Source: Squalus acanthias
Lineage: Eukaryota
DNA: 64,000 nucleotides
Direction: 5' to 3'
Assembly: GCA_030390025.1 (NCBI GenBank)
Contig: CM059440.1
Span: 69,998,001-70,062,000, forward strand
Below, piece by piece: positions 49,505 to 62,852 of this stretch. Below the pieces are notes generated by a model. The model saw only the letters and a program-made list of their open reading frames with translations. It did not search any database and was not told the origin of the DNA. Position 1 is the first letter of the stretch, and each line of letters begins with the position of its first letter. A program made the translations under genes and the position numbers.

Positions 49505-49933
49505 TTGGCACCCCATCCACCACCTTAAACATTCACTCCCTCCACCACTGGCGTACCCTGGCTGCAGTGTGTACCATCTACAGGATGCACTGCAGCAACT
49601 CGCCAAGGCTTCTTCGGCAGCACCTCCCAAACCCGCGACCTCTTCCACCTAGAAGGACAAGGGCAGCAGGCGCAAGGGAACACCACCACCTCCAAGTTCC
49701 CCTCCAAGTCACACACCATCCTGACTTAGAAGTATATCGCCGATCCTTCATCGTCGCTGGGTCAAAATCCTGGAACTCCCTCCCTAACAGCAGTGTGGGA
49801 GTGCCTTCACCACACGGACTGCAGCAGTTCAAGAAGGCAGCTCACCACCACCTTCTCAAGGGCAATTAGGGATGGGCAATAAATGCTGGCCTTGCCAGCG
49901 ATGCCCACATCCCATAAACGAATAAAAAAAAAA
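49505..49933 (+). mobile_element. LINE family B 3' fragment
   Basis: Matches 25785-26210; A-tail. Confidence 0.9.
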
Positions 49934-50244
49934 GTCTCAGCCACATCAACAGTGGTAAGTGCTGAACGGCACGTCAGTACCGCCCCCTGCAAGGAGGGAG
50001 GCAACATCGGAGGGTATATCACCCAGGGCGCTTGTGCACTTCCAAGTTGCCTGCTAAAATGTGGTGTTGCCAGGGGCTTGACAACAGATCACCTGGCTGC
50101 CTTGTCCACTGGACGATGCTGGATGACAGAAAGGAACACAAAGAGAAAGGGGGGAACAAGGTATAGATTGGGAGATGGGAAATATAAGGAACAGTTTATG
50201 TTTGCTGAGCTATGTATTTTTTGTACTTGTTTCTGATTGGTAGG

Positions 50245-50360
50245 GGTTCTGGTAAAGGTTGCACACCCGAAACATTAACCTGTCATTTCTCTTTACAGAT
50301 GCTGATTGACCTACTGGAGTCAGCATTTACTTCACATTTCCTGCATTTGCAGTTTTTCCT
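50245..50360 (+). mobile_element. Degenerate PLE family B 3' module
   Basis: GGTTCTGGTAAAGGTTGCACACCCGAAACATTAACC...CAGATGCTG. Confidence 0.5.
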
Positions 50361-51189
50361 TTTTATTTTACAGGACAGAAACACATTAGGGATCCATTAG
50401 CAAACAGCCAGCAATTAACAGACCACATTAACACTGGAATTGCCTGTTTGGTAAATTGCATCCTATGGTGTGTAATGTTATCTTCTACCATAGAATGTTA
50501 CAGGATAGAAACAAACCATTCAGCCCATCAAGTCCGCGTTGGTGTTTATCTCCACATGAGCCACCCAGACTCCTGCTTACTCCCCATACCGTTTAATATT
50601 TCTTTTTGTTTAATTCCCTTCTTCTAAAAGAATTTATGGGCTCTGCCTCAACAATGGTTCATGGAAGGGAAGAGAAAATTTTAACCTCCCCTTTAATTCT
50701 GTTTGTAACCTCTCATTAACGTCTCGTTGACCAGGGAAAACAATCTTTTACTAAATACCTTATCAGAATCCATCTAACTTCTAGCAATTCATCGTTTAAC
50801 CTCCTCAACTTTAGTGTGAAAAGCCCTAACTTCTGAAATCTCTCTTCATAACTGTAAATCCGCATCACTGATAAGATGCTCAGGAATCCATGCTGTGCCT
50901 TTTACATTGTTTTTACTTTCGTATATATGTATATATTCGTATATATTCACCAGTGTTACCAGATAGTTTATGGTGTGTTCTAAAATTGGCTGGTGAGCAC
51001 AGCTACATCTAGGTATCCAGGACATAGGGCATCATAAGTGAAAAGACCAACTACACCACTCCCACCTTCTTATCGAGTTATATGGTCTTCAGCAACTTAT
51101 CCCTCCCCCTATATTATGAAAACATGCAGTTCCTCAAACAAAAATCAAATAAAGCTGATGTTGACTTTCAGGTCCCAGCCTGACAATAA

Positions 51190-51558
51190 GATAGAAAAAA
51201 AGACTTGCATTTATAGAGCGCCTTTCATGACCTCATGACGTCCCAAAGCACTTTACAGCCAACGAAGTATTTTTTGAAGTGTAGTCACTGTTGTAATGTA
51301 GGAAACGTGTTTGCGCAATTTGCGCATAGCAAGCTCCCACAAACAGCAATGTGATCATGACCAGATATTCTGTTTTTGTTATGTTAATTGAGGTATAAAT
51401 ATTGGGCAGGACACTGGGGATAACTCCCCTGCTCTTCTTCGAAATAGTGCCATGGGATCTTTTACGTCCACCTGAGAGAGCAGACGGGGCTTCGGTTTAA
51501 CGTCTCATCCGCAAGACGACACCTGGGACAACGCAGCGCTCCCTCAGTACTGCACTGG
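51190..51558 (-). mobile_element. Deu-domain SINE, headless copy
   Basis: Reverse-complement match to 54035-54365. Confidence 0.75.
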
Positions 51559-51829
51559 ACGTCAAGTAACTTTTTTTACATAATGCAGGACAGCACGCTT
51601 CAGAAATAAAACATTTTTATCTACCACTCAGCATTATTGGAATAAATTATGATCGTTGCCACATCACAAAGCTATTGTCTCCCTGAAACATTGTGCCCAG
51701 GATAAATCTTTTGGTTGTTCTCCCATAACTCCAGCTCTGCTGATAGTTCCTGTATTCTCATGGATTCTTTGGCATCTCTGTATTCTACACTGGTTGATTA
51801 ATTTTAATTATCAGTAATTCAAAAATGGG

Positions 51830-51999
51830 CAACAACAACTTGTATTTATATAGCGCCTTTAATGTAGTAAAACATCCCAAGGCGTTTCACAGGAGTATTA
51901 GAAGACAAAAAAATTTGACACTGAGCCACAAAAGGAGAATGTGGGCAGGTGACCAAAAGCTTGGTCAAAGAGGTTGGTTTTAAGGAGCATCTTAAAGGA
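51830..51999 (-). mobile_element. L2 3' end
   Basis: CAACAACAACTTGTATTTATATAGCGCC. Confidence 0.75.
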
Positions 52000-53290
52000 A
52001 CATACGAACATACAAATTAGGAGCAAGAGTGGGCCATTCGGCCCTTCGAGCCTGCTCCGCCATTCAATAAGATCATGGCTGATCCAATTACTTTTCACCC
52101 CCTTGCTTACCAAGAATCTATCTACCTCTGCCTTAAAAATATTCAAAGACTCTGCTTCCACCGCCCTCTGAGGAAGAGAGTTCCGAAGACTCACGACCCT
52201 CTATGAGAAAAAATTTCTCCTCATCTCTGTCTTAAATGGACGACCCCTTATTTTTAAACAGTGACCCCTAGTTCTAGATTCTCCCACAAGAGGAAACATC
52301 CTCTCCACATCCACCCTGTCCAGACCCCTCAGGATCTTATATGTTTCAATCAAGTCACCTCTTACTCTTCTAAACTCCAGAGGATACAAGCTTAGCCTGT
52401 CCAACCTTTCCTCATAAGACAACCCGCCCATTCCAGGTATTAGTCTAGTAAACCTTCTCTGAACTGCTTCCAACACATTTACATCCTTCCTTAAATAAAG
52501 AGACCAATACTGTACACAGTACTCCAGATGTGGTCTCACCAATGCCCTGTATAACTGAAGCATAACCTCCCTACTTTTGTATTCAATTCCCCTCGCAATA
52601 AACGATAACATTCTATTAGCTTTCCTAATTACTTGCTGTACCTGCATAGTAACCTTTTGTGATTCATGCACTAGGACACCCAGATCCCTCTGCATCTCAG
52701 AGCTCTGCAATCTCTCACCATTTAGATAATATGCTTCTTTTTTATTCCTCCTGCCAAAATGGACAACTTCACATTTTCCCACATTATACTCCATTTGCCA
52801 GATCTTTGCCCACTCACTTAACCTATCTATATCCCTTTGTAGCCTCCTTATGTCCTCTTCACAATTTACTTTCCTACCTATCTTTGTGTCATCAGCAAAT
52901 TTAGCAACTATACCTTCGGTCCCTTCATCCAAGTCATTTATATAAATTGTAAAAGTTGAGGCCCCAGCACTGATCCCTGTGGCACACCACTCATTACATC
53001 TTGCCAATCAGAAAATGACCCATTTATGCCTACTCTCTGTTTCCTGTTAGCTAGCCAATCTTCTATCCATGCCAATATGTTACCCCATACACCATGAACT
53101 TTTATTTTCCGCAATAACCTTTGATGTGGCACCTTATCAAATGCCTTCTGGACATCTAATTGTCTGGAGTGGGCCATTCTGCCCCTTGAGTCTGCTCTGC
53201 CATTCAATTAGATCATGGCTGATCTGTACCTCAACTCCATTTACCCACCTTAGCTCCATATCACTTGATACCCTTGCCTAACAAAAAAAC
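52000..53290 (-). mobile_element. CR1 fragment plus a short second CR1 3' end (53160-53290)
   Basis: ORFs 52201..53007 and 52938..53207 with RT motifs. Confidence 0.9.
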
Positions 53291-53929
53291 AATTGATAAA
53301 ATCTACAACTTTTCCAAAGTTTATTATCGAACTTTGGAGGCCGAGCAACTGTTTCCACATAATGAACTAACTATTATAAAAATGCTACAGAAAATCTCTT
53401 TTGTTCATTAAAGTATTAGCTTTCCTTACTCGTGCATGTTCCAGCTGTGTGTCAGGAGATAATTAACTGAAGGATCCTTTAGTCAGCCAGCCATCATATA
53501 ACTTAATTAGGCAAGTCCACATTTATTAAGAGGATTATGGCTCCCAACATAGATTTCTGAGATAAGAATGGAGAATTAAAAATAAATATTAATATAAAAT
53601 AAGAACAAAGCTGAGCAAATTGCTTTAAGGTCAATTTGCTATTTTTCTCACTTGAGGAATCTAGGTCAGAACCTGTAATCCTCTTATAAAATTAGTCGAC
53701 ATGGAAAGGAACAATTCAAAGAGCAGCCATCCCCTGTTGCCGATATTCTTAAATATATCTAACAGCACTACCCACTCGCTTCTCTAGAATGTTAAAATTA
53801 TTGGCATTTAAGTGGGATATTAGTCACTATCAATATCAAGTGTATTATATCTGCAAACTTTCTTTTCCTCTCAGCGGTTCTTCCATTAAACTGTGTTCAA
53901 TCATTGTACAACACCCCCTTTTGCCTTTA

Positions 53930-53949
53930 GTGTCAGCCATGGCTCAGTT

Positions 53950-53980
<31 letters not shown>

Positions 53981-54365
53981 GTGGGTTCTGAGTCCCACTC
54001 CAGAGACTTGAGCACAAAATCTAGGCCAACACTCCCAGTGCAGTGCTGAGGGAGTGCTGCATTGTAGGAGGTGCTGTCTTTCGGATGAGACGTTAAACCG
54101 AAGTCCCATCTGCTCTCTCAGGTGAATGTAAAAGATCCCATGACACTATTTCGAAGAAGAGCAGCGGTGTCCTGGCCCATATTTGTCTTGTCCCCTGAAC
54201 CAACATCACTTAAAAAAAAGATTATCTGGTCGTTATCACATTACTGTTTGTGAGAGCTTACTCTGAAAAATGGCAGCCGCGTTTTCTGCATTACAACAGC
54301 GACTACACTTCAAAAGCACATTATTGGTTGTAAAGGTGCTTTATAAATGCAAGTCTTTCTTTCTA
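53930..54365 (+). mobile_element. tRNA-derived Deu-domain SINE (SacSINE1-like)
   Basis: A box TGGCTCAGTTGG, B-box-like GGTTCTGAGTCCC, core GAGGGAGTGCTGC...GGATGAGACGTTAAACCG, L2-like tail ATAAATGCAAGTCTTTCTTT. Confidence 0.8.
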
Positions 54366-54649
54366 TTTTCTTTAAACATAGTCTAAAAAAGCTGCAAATA
54401 GTATATGGTGCTGCATTAAATAGGAATCTTCCTCCCCATATTATAACAAAATGGATTTATCACCTAACTGTTGAGGTGATCTACTAGAATGTACTGCTGC
54501 TGGCGTGAGTAGAGAAACCAATTTTTTTTGAAGAGCAGTCTACTACTAAACACATCCATCCCAGTGAGACTGTTGATAGTGGCACTGAGACAGATATCAC
54601 ACTCTACGCATTCCAATGGGGAAGAATATTTGTGCACCAATATTTGTGT

Positions 54650-54925
54650 CATAGGAACAGGAGAAGGCCATTCAGCCCCTCGAGCCTGATCCCCAATTCA
54701 ATAGATCACAGCTGATCTGAACCTCAACTCCATTCATCCGCCTTTAATCCATATCCCTTGATACTCTTACCTAATAAAAATATGTCGCTCTCACTCTTGA
54801 AAATTTCAATTGACCCGGCATCCACAGCCATTTGCGGGAGTGAGTTTCAGATTTCCACCGCACTCCGGGTGAAAAAGTGCTGGCTGATTTCAGTCTTGAA
54901 CGGCCTAGCTCTAATATCAAGATTG
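54650..54925 (-). mobile_element. CR1 3' end
   Basis: CATAGGAACAGGAGAAGGCCATTCAGCCCCTCGAGCCTG. Confidence 0.75.
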
Positions 54926-55085
54926 TAAACCACAGGGTCTGCAATATTTTACTATTTAATCTTTTTACTTTATACATTTACTTTTACACTGAGTGATAAA
55001 TCAGTCTTGCTCTGCCTAACTACCGAGGTACAGTTCTCTTGTTCACTACCCACAAGGCTACGTTCTCTTATTGCTGAATTGCATT

Positions 55086-55982
55086 GGGCCAGATTTGGCT
55101 GCCAAAATAACGTTGCGGCTAATGGCACTCTCTGTTATTTATGCAGAAACGTTACAGCAACTTCAGGCGCGGAACAGATGCGCAGTTAAATGTGAATATC
55201 TAAAAGTTGCTGTCCAGGTTGCTGTTAGCTTTGTGAAAACGGCATATTGCTGCTGCCTCACCACTGAAATGTAGTTAATGTCGTGAAGTTGCTGTATTTG
55301 TGTGGTAGATACAAACTAAACCCGCCACAGATATTTAGGGCTAGTAATTACAAACGTAACAACAACAACAACTTGCATTTATAAATTTCCTTTAACATAG
55401 TAAAACGCCCCAAGGCGTTTCACAGTAGCCTTAACAAACAAAAATTTGACACCGAGCCACATGAGATATTAGGACAGATAGGAGCGTCTTAAAGGAGGGG
55501 AGAGAGAGGTAGAGGTGGCGAGGTTTAGGGAGGGAATTCCAGAGCTTCGGGCCGAAGCAGCTGAAGGCATGGCCGCCAATGAGGAGCGAAGAAAATCGGG
55601 GATGCGCAAGAGGCCAGAATTGGAGGAGCGCAGAGACCTCGGAGGATTGTAGGGCTGGAGAATGTCACAGAGAAAGAGGGAGGGGGCGAGGCCATGGAGG
55701 GATTTGAAAACAAGGATTAGAATTTTAAAACTGAGGCATTGCCGGACCGGGAGCCAAGGTAGGTCAGCGAGCACAGGGATGATTGGTGAACGGGACTTGG
55801 TGCGAGTTAGGATACGGGCAGCAGAGTTTTGGACCAGCTCAAGTTAATGGAGGGTGGAAGATGGGAGGCCGGCCAGGAGAGTATTGGAATCGTCAAGTCT
55901 GAAGCACCAAGGTGTGATTTGATGCTAAGAGCCACACCGACACAGATGCCATGAGATGTCCTGCTACAGCAAAATCTGGCTC
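55086..55982. mobile_element. Harbinger-type MITE containing an L2 fragment
   Basis: TIRs GGGCCAGATTT / AAATCTGGCTC; TSD ATT. Confidence 0.7.
55357..55900 (-). mobile_element. L2 3' fragment
   Basis: LADLPWLPVRQCLSFKILILVFKSLHGLAP; (AAC)n tail. Confidence 0.85.
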
Positions 55983-56399
55983 ATTATCCTCAAGATCGTG
56001 AGATAAGTCAGGCCTGATGTTTAGTGTATGAACTTCAGAGCACAGGTAAACCAAGGTTGGCAGAACCTGCATTTTTATAACATTGAAGATTTTTTGGCTG
56101 AACCTTCAAATGTAATATTTCCATTTGTTTTTTTATTCGCCACCCTCCATCAGCTTAGAGTGCTTTTGTCAGAAAACCTATCAGATCAATATACCAAGCT
56201 CCACAGAATTACATCTCAATCAGGCTGGCCATGCAAGTAATTCCATTTCACTTTGGGGTCAGGCAAGTAGTGCTGAGCCTGCTCCTATAGGTACCTCCAG
56301 AACATTACTCTAATGAATCAAAGTAAGACGTCCCCTACAAACCACACATGGACTAGTGTCAGTGTCCTCACAAAATGTCACTGAGACACCACTGAAGAG

Positions 56400-57017
56400 A
56401 TTTGAACCCATCCCACCCAGGTGGAACAAGATGACCGCACAGTTAAAATTGCCTCCGAAAACCTACCGTCCCATTCTTGCTCCACTCCCACCCACCAGGC
56501 CCTTTTTTAGGCGTCTGAGGCATCTGCCATGAATCTTGTTAATATATGCAAGTCGGGGTCCTAAGATGTCATTACGACCCCGATTTGATTTTAACCACGA
56601 CCTGAGCAGGATGCCCCGCCGCAACCACCCCGCTCTGGTCTGCAAGGAAAAGAGGTAAGGCAAGTATTAAACTTTCTTTGGTGGGACCACGAGAAGCAGG
56701 AGTGCTCCCCCGGGGCCCCACATGGAAATGTCTGGGTCGATGCGGTCCTGCGCGCCCCCCATTCCCACCCACGAGACCTTGCCGAAACCTCCTCCCATGA
56801 CTGGGTGCCAACGGGCCGCCCGATCTTCACTGCCTCTTTATGCCTGTTGCGGGCAGGCAGCTGGGACGGCGGGATATAAATGAGGTCCGGGAGTTAAAAT
56901 AGCCCAGGCTTCAAATTGATGAAGTTTGGGGGGAAGGGTGGGGGGACGGGTAATGATTGCCCCGCCCCCCCCCCCCCCCCCCCCACTCGAAACCTGCTCC
57001 CAGTCAAAGTCCCCCTC
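56400..57017. mobile_element. Partial GC-rich MITE related to 45449-46206
   Basis: Right end GTCAAAGTCCCCC; GGAGCACTCCTGCT motif shared in reverse orientation; left end not found. Confidence 0.5.
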
Positions 57018-58008
57018 CTACATGTGCAGAGTCTTTTTAAAGGGCATTGTCACTCCAAGACCTCGACCATACTGTCCACAATATAAATTTTATTTCTGTT
57101 CTACAAGAAGCTTTGCAATTATTTTTACCAAGCGATAGGCACACCTTTAAAGGAAAAACTGAAGTCTTGCAGTCCATTCCTTTCACCATCTTGCTCACTC
57201 TGCTCTGTTAAAAGGGAGGCATAGGATAAAGTTAGTGCTAATAATACGATATGAGGAATATAGAAAGTGTAGGAGGGAGGTGAAAAGTGAGACTAAAAAA
57301 GGCTAAAAGGGAACATGAAGAAAGACTGCCAGGTAATACAAACATAAATAGTAAAGGTTTGTATAAGCAAATAAAAATGTAAAGTTAAAGAGGGAGCAGG
57401 ACCACTCTGAGATTAAGGAGGGAGTCTAATTTTGGAGGATGAAAAGTATGGTAGAGATATTAAGTAAATATTTTGCATTGCTTTTTACAAATGACGGTAG
57501 AAGTGAGACCTAGAGAATATGGAACAATTGACAGAGTTAACTGTAGATAAGGAATTGATTCTGAAAAAATTACCACAACACAAGGTGGATAAGTCACTGA
57601 GCCCTGATGGCATGTGCCCTAAGCTGTTGAAATAAGTCAGAGGATAGATTGCAGAGGCTCTAAGCACAATTTTTCAATCCTCCTTAAATTGTGTCTTGGG
57701 ACTCTATAGTCACTGATGAAACATCCTTGTGTAAGAAGAGGGAGAGGGATAAACCAAGTAACTACAGACCAGTTTTAGAATCCATAATTCCAGAAAATAT
57801 AGTAAGCATTTACAAATATATGGGTTAATCAAGGACAGTCAGCACAAATTTGTTAAAGGCAAGTTGTGTTTGACAAATTTAATAGCATTTTTTTTGAAGT
57901 GACCAACTGGTTGGCTAAATAGAATGCAATAGATGTAGCGTATATTGATTTTTCAGAAGCAATTTGTTACGATTTCTCACAAGAGGCATGTTATAAAAAT
58001 TCAGACAT

Positions 58009-58852
58009 GGGCTGGATTTTGTCAATGGGGACGTGATGGAGGCGGGACTCCCACTTTTTGGGTTGTAGTCCCGCCTCCATCGATTTGTGGCCAACCCACG
58101 CTACTTTCCCTTGATTGACCTTGTTAAGTCCGCCCAGCGGGCTCAGCAGGCCAATTAAGGGACACCTGGATACTGGTGACGTCAGCGATTGACATTTCAT
58201 CTGTCAAGAGCTTTTGACAGATGAAATATCAGCATTTGACAGCTCTGTGAAGCTGTCAAACACTGACAATCTGTCTTCTAACTTGAGTCCTTCTACTCAG
58301 ACTCAGTTAGAGAGCTGTCCAGACCAGAAAGCAGAGGCTGCAGCTTTTGACAGTTCAGCGGCCATTCTGCTTTCTGTGCCGGTGAGCTGAGGGACTCCCG
58401 AGACCTGAAGGGAGGAAGCCTGGAGGAGAAAGTAAAGGTAAGTAAAATTTATTAAAACACTTTACACACACCAAACACACTTACCTCTGCACTCATACAC
58501 CCATCACTCACCTGTACACCGGACATCTCGACCCCTCCAAGCCCTGCAGACCGACGGTCCGCCTCGCTAACTTGGCATGGTTTGGAGCCATCGGGCAGCC
58601 CACACTTCAGGGCTAAAAATAGGGATTAGCCAAAAAACTGCCTGTTAACTACCTGTTAACAGGCAGTTAATTGGCACTAATCCCCTTCCCGCCTCGGGGA
58701 GGCGGCTCCCAGCACAGGTTGGGTACCCGCCTCCTGGGACATTGGCATGGAGGCGGGTTGGGGGCGAGATGGGTACGTGCCCCCCGAATCTGTAATTTTC
58801 CCACCACTCCCGCCTCCAATCCCGCCTCCACGGGGCTTGGAAAATCAAGCCC
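58009..58852. mobile_element. Harbinger-type MITE
   Basis: TIRs GGGCTGGATTTT / AAAATCAAGCCC; TSD CAT/AAT; subterminal GGAGGCGGGA repeats. Confidence 0.8.
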
Positions 58853-60314
58853 AATATAAGAGAAACTAGCAGCATGGCGAGAAAATTGGTTGGTAGACAG
58901 GAAGCCAAGTGTTGGGGTAAATGGATGTTGTTTGGACTGGAGAAGAGTTGGAGGTGTTGTACCCTAGTTGTCACTGCTGGTTCCACTTTTGTTCTCGGTA
59001 CCATAATTCAAACTTGGGTCTCTGGAACAAAATCTCAAATCTAATGACAACACAAAAGTGGGACATTTGATATGCAGTGAGAAGAACTGTAAAAGTCATC
59101 TGGAAAACATAGCTTAGCGGAATGGGCAGACATGTGGCAGATGCAATTTAGTGTGGATAAGTGCGAGGTAATGCATTTTGGGGAGAAAAAAAACAAGGAA
59201 TGGAAGTATATACTCAATGCAAAGGTGCTGAAGGATATGGATCGAACAAAGATGCCCAAGGGTTCAAGCACATAATTCCCTGAGAGTGTGAGGGCCAATA
59301 GAATTTTGAGTTTTATAAATAGGGAATAGAGTGCAGGGTCAGAGGTTTTACCAGTGAGCTGCTTTGGACTTAATTCTAATTTAAAATGATCTGAACAATG
59401 GGACAAGGGCAATCTAACAAAAGAATCATTCAAGATTGTTTAATCTATTGCGTTATTTAAGTAGGTCATTAATAAAGCACTGCAGTACATTTTCAAAGCA
59501 ATTGTTCGTTATTAAATCTGTTGTACTATCAAGTTTGTTACCAACAATGCAATATCAGAATGATACCGGGGCTAAAGGGGTTAAATTATGAGGACAGGTT
59601 GCATCGGCTAGGATTTGTATTCCTTTGAATATAGAGGATTAGGGGATGATACAATTTTGAGGTGTTTAAGATGATTAAAGGATTTGATAGGGAAGATAGA
59701 GGCCCGTATTTTCCGATCAGAGGCTTCCTGCGTGCTGAGGCCTCCGATCTGGAAAAAATCTACGGACTTACCTGAGGGCTCCCGAGGTGCGGACACTTCC
59801 CCTCCTGGGCCTCTCCAAACTCAAAATGCGCAGGGCCCACGTATCCCAGGGGCGCAGGCGGTTCGCAAGCATCCCTGGGATCACGTGGGCCATGGGGAGC
59901 CAATCAAAGAAGGGAATCTCCCTTCATATACTTGACAGATAGACCTGTCAAATATATGAATGGAGATCACCCCAAAAACACTGTAAAACATTAAATAATT
60001 TTTTTTTAATCACATTTTTTAAATGAATTGAAATTACAATAAATTAAATATTTTAAACAAAAAGTTTTTTACGGGGCTAAAAATAAACTTACCTTTTTTA
60101 AATATTTTTAAATTATAAATGAGTGGAAAAAATAATTTTTTTTTTTTACTTTTTTCAACTCTTATGCTGGTAAAAGCAGGCCTTACGCCTGCTTTTACCA
60201 GGCGTAAGATTTCTAAGGGTTTTCTGCGGGCGGAGGTTCTCCAGAAAGCGGAACTATCCGCCCGCAGAGGCCCTTCTCCAGGGCAGGCGTCCGATCTGTC
60301 AAGAGCATTCTTGA

Positions 60315-61009
60315 TGCGGCGATGCCGGTGTTGGACTGGGGTGGACAAAAATGAGAAGTCGCACAACACCAGGTTATAGTCCAACAGTTTTATTTAAAAT
60401 TACGAGCTTTCGGAGCTCTGCTTCACAAGGCTGATACCTGGGATGGCAGGAATGACATATGAGGAGAGATTGGGTTGATTGGGCTTATACTCGCTGGAGT
60501 ATAGAAGAATGAGAGGGGATCTCATCGAAACATATAAAATGCTGACAGGTCTGGACAAACTAGATGCAGAAAGAATGTTCCTGATGGTCGGAGTGTCCAG
60601 AACCAGGGGTCATAATCTAAGGATAACGGGTAAGCCATTTAGGACAGAAATGAGGAAGAATTTCTTCACCCAGAGAGTGGTGAACCTGTGGAATTCTCTA
60701 CCACAGAAGGTAGTTGAGGCCGAGTCACTAAATATATTCAAGAATGAGTTAGATATATTTCTTAAAGCTAAAGGTATCAAGGGATATGGGGAGAAGGCAG
60801 GTACAGGGTACTGAGTTTGGATGATCAGCCATGATCTCATCGAATGGTGGAGCAGGCTCGAGGGGCCGAATGGCCTACTCCTGCTCCTATCTTCTATGTT
60901 TCTATGTTTCTTCAGGTATAGGTACCTGAAATAGGAGCAGAGCTCCAAAAGCTCGTAATTTTAAATAAAACTGTTGGACTATAACCTGGTGTTGTGCGAC
61001 TTCTCATTT
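60315..61009 (-). mobile_element. Penelope-like family A palindromic mini-element interrupted by CR1
   Basis: TSD AAGAGCATTCTTGA at 60301-60314 and 61010-61023; degenerate hammerheads. Confidence 0.85.
60423..60910 (+). mobile_element. Young CR1 3' fragment
   Basis: Closely matches 29535-30023. Confidence 0.92.
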
Positions 61010-62271
61010 AAGAGCATTCTTGACAGATCGGAAATGCCAGTTTTCAGCGCATGTGCTTGGCATGCCTGAAACCGGCATTTCCGATGTCCCTTCAAATGTG
61101 TACACAGCACGTATACACCCGTAGGGATCGTAATATACGGCCCAGAGAGAAAATATTTCCTCTGGTAGGGAGTCCAGAACAAGGGGACATTACCTTAAAA
61201 TTAGAACTAGGCCAATAAGGGTTATATCAGGAAGCACTTCTTCACACAAAGTGTAGTGGAAATCTGGAACTCTCTCCCCCAAAAGTTGTTGAGGCTAGGC
61301 CAATTGAAAATTTCAAGGGTTACAGAACCAAGGCGGGTAGATGGAATTAAGATACAGATCAGCCATAATCTAATTGAATGGCAGAACCGGTTCGAGGGGC
61401 TGAATGGCCTACTCCTGTTCCGATGTTCCTAATATTAATGTATACATGGATCGTGAGAATGGCAAGTATTTTAACCACCGTTAATATAGAAAAAAATCAT
61501 CCTGAAATAATGAATGTCCTGTAACTGAAAATAACCGCATAATTGACATCATAAATTTTTGGAATTAAATCCTGTAAAAAAAAACTAAGACATCATTCCC
61601 CTACTTCACAATATATACTGCTGTTCTCTCAGAAGGAGGATTACACCTTGCCTTGCCTTTCCCTCCATTTGCTTATTCTCCCAGGGACACTTCAGCTTCC
61701 TTTTTGACAGATGGATCAGGGTGAACAAAGACGACTGGCTACCACTGTTTGCCTATTTTCAGTTGTTCAGTCAAGTTTTACATCTGTGCAGATGGTCAGC
61801 ACCTGCCTGGGGAAGAGGAATCATTTCTCATTAGGCCTCGTGCCCTCCTTCATTCTTTCCCTGCAGAGATCGCGACCTTGCCAGCTGCGCTGCCTCTGGG
61901 CACGGGGCTTCCCTGTAGACATATGACAAGGCCATACCAGATGGTAGGAGGATGAAGTTCACAGATCAAAGCAGTTTTAGATCCAGCCATAGGTTTAGTT
62001 GGGCACTTGACATTTCAATTGGACAGCATAGAAAGAATTAAGATGTTCAACAATTTTCCTATATATATTGTAATATAAAACCATGCATCTGCATGTACTT
62101 CATGCCCATCATACTTTATGCTTCGCACGTAACATAGGCTGATTATATATAAATTTCTTGCAATCTAAAATTCAGCAATAAAATGTCATAGCAATAAATC
62201 AGTAAGAGAAGTAACAAAAATCTACCAATCAAATGAAAACAGAAACTGAACCAAATTACTCAATGTTCTTA

Positions 62272-62852
62272 GAATCATAAAATCATACAGCACAGAAGGA
62301 GGCCATTCGCTCCCATCATGCCTGTGCTGGCTCTTTGAAAGAGCTATCCAACTAGATCCACTCCTGCTCTTTACCCATAGTTCTGCAATATTTTTCCTTT
62401 CAGGTATATATCAAGTTCCCTTTTGAAAGTTAATATTGAATCTGCTTCCACCACCCATTCAGGCAGTGCATTCCAGATCATAACCACTCGCTGCATAAAA
62501 AAAATGTCTCCTCATCTCCCCCCTTGGTTCCTTTGCCAATTATGTTAATCCCATGTCCTTTGGTTACTGACCCTCCTGCCAGTGGAAACTGTTTCTCCTT
62601 ATTTACTCTCTCAAAAACATTCATAATTTTGAACACCGCTATTAAATCGCCCCTTAACCTTCTCTGCTCTAAGGGAAACAATCCCAGCTTCTCTAGTCTC
62701 TCTACATAACTGAAGTGCCTCATTCCTGCCATCATTCTAGTCAACTTCCTCTGCACCTTCTCGAATGCTTTGACATCCTTCCTAAAGTGTGGTGCCCAGA
62801 ATTGGACACAATACTCCAGCTGAGGCCCAGCCAGTGATTTTTAAAGGTTTAG
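62272..62852 (-). mobile_element. CR1 3' fragment
   Basis: ORF 62478..62756 EQRRLRGDLIAVFK. Confidence 0.85.

Larger units (their letters stand above)
59701..61143. mobile_element. Harbinger-type MITE hosting a PLE palindrome
   Basis: TIRs GGCCCGTATTTTCCGATC / GATCGTAATATACGGCCC; TSD AGA. Confidence 0.82.
57200..61430 (+). mobile_element. Degraded CR1 fragments (57200-58008, 58856-59340, 59550-59700, 61147-61430) split by MITEs
   Basis: Decayed NYRPV, QHKFVKGKLCLTNLI and WADMWQMQFSVDKCEVMHFG segments; CR1 3' tail near 61400-61430. Confidence 0.7.

Noticed and set aside
53930-54003. tRNA gene
   Set aside because: The tRNA-like head runs into a SINE body that recurs at 51190-51558; B box altered and no proper acceptor stem
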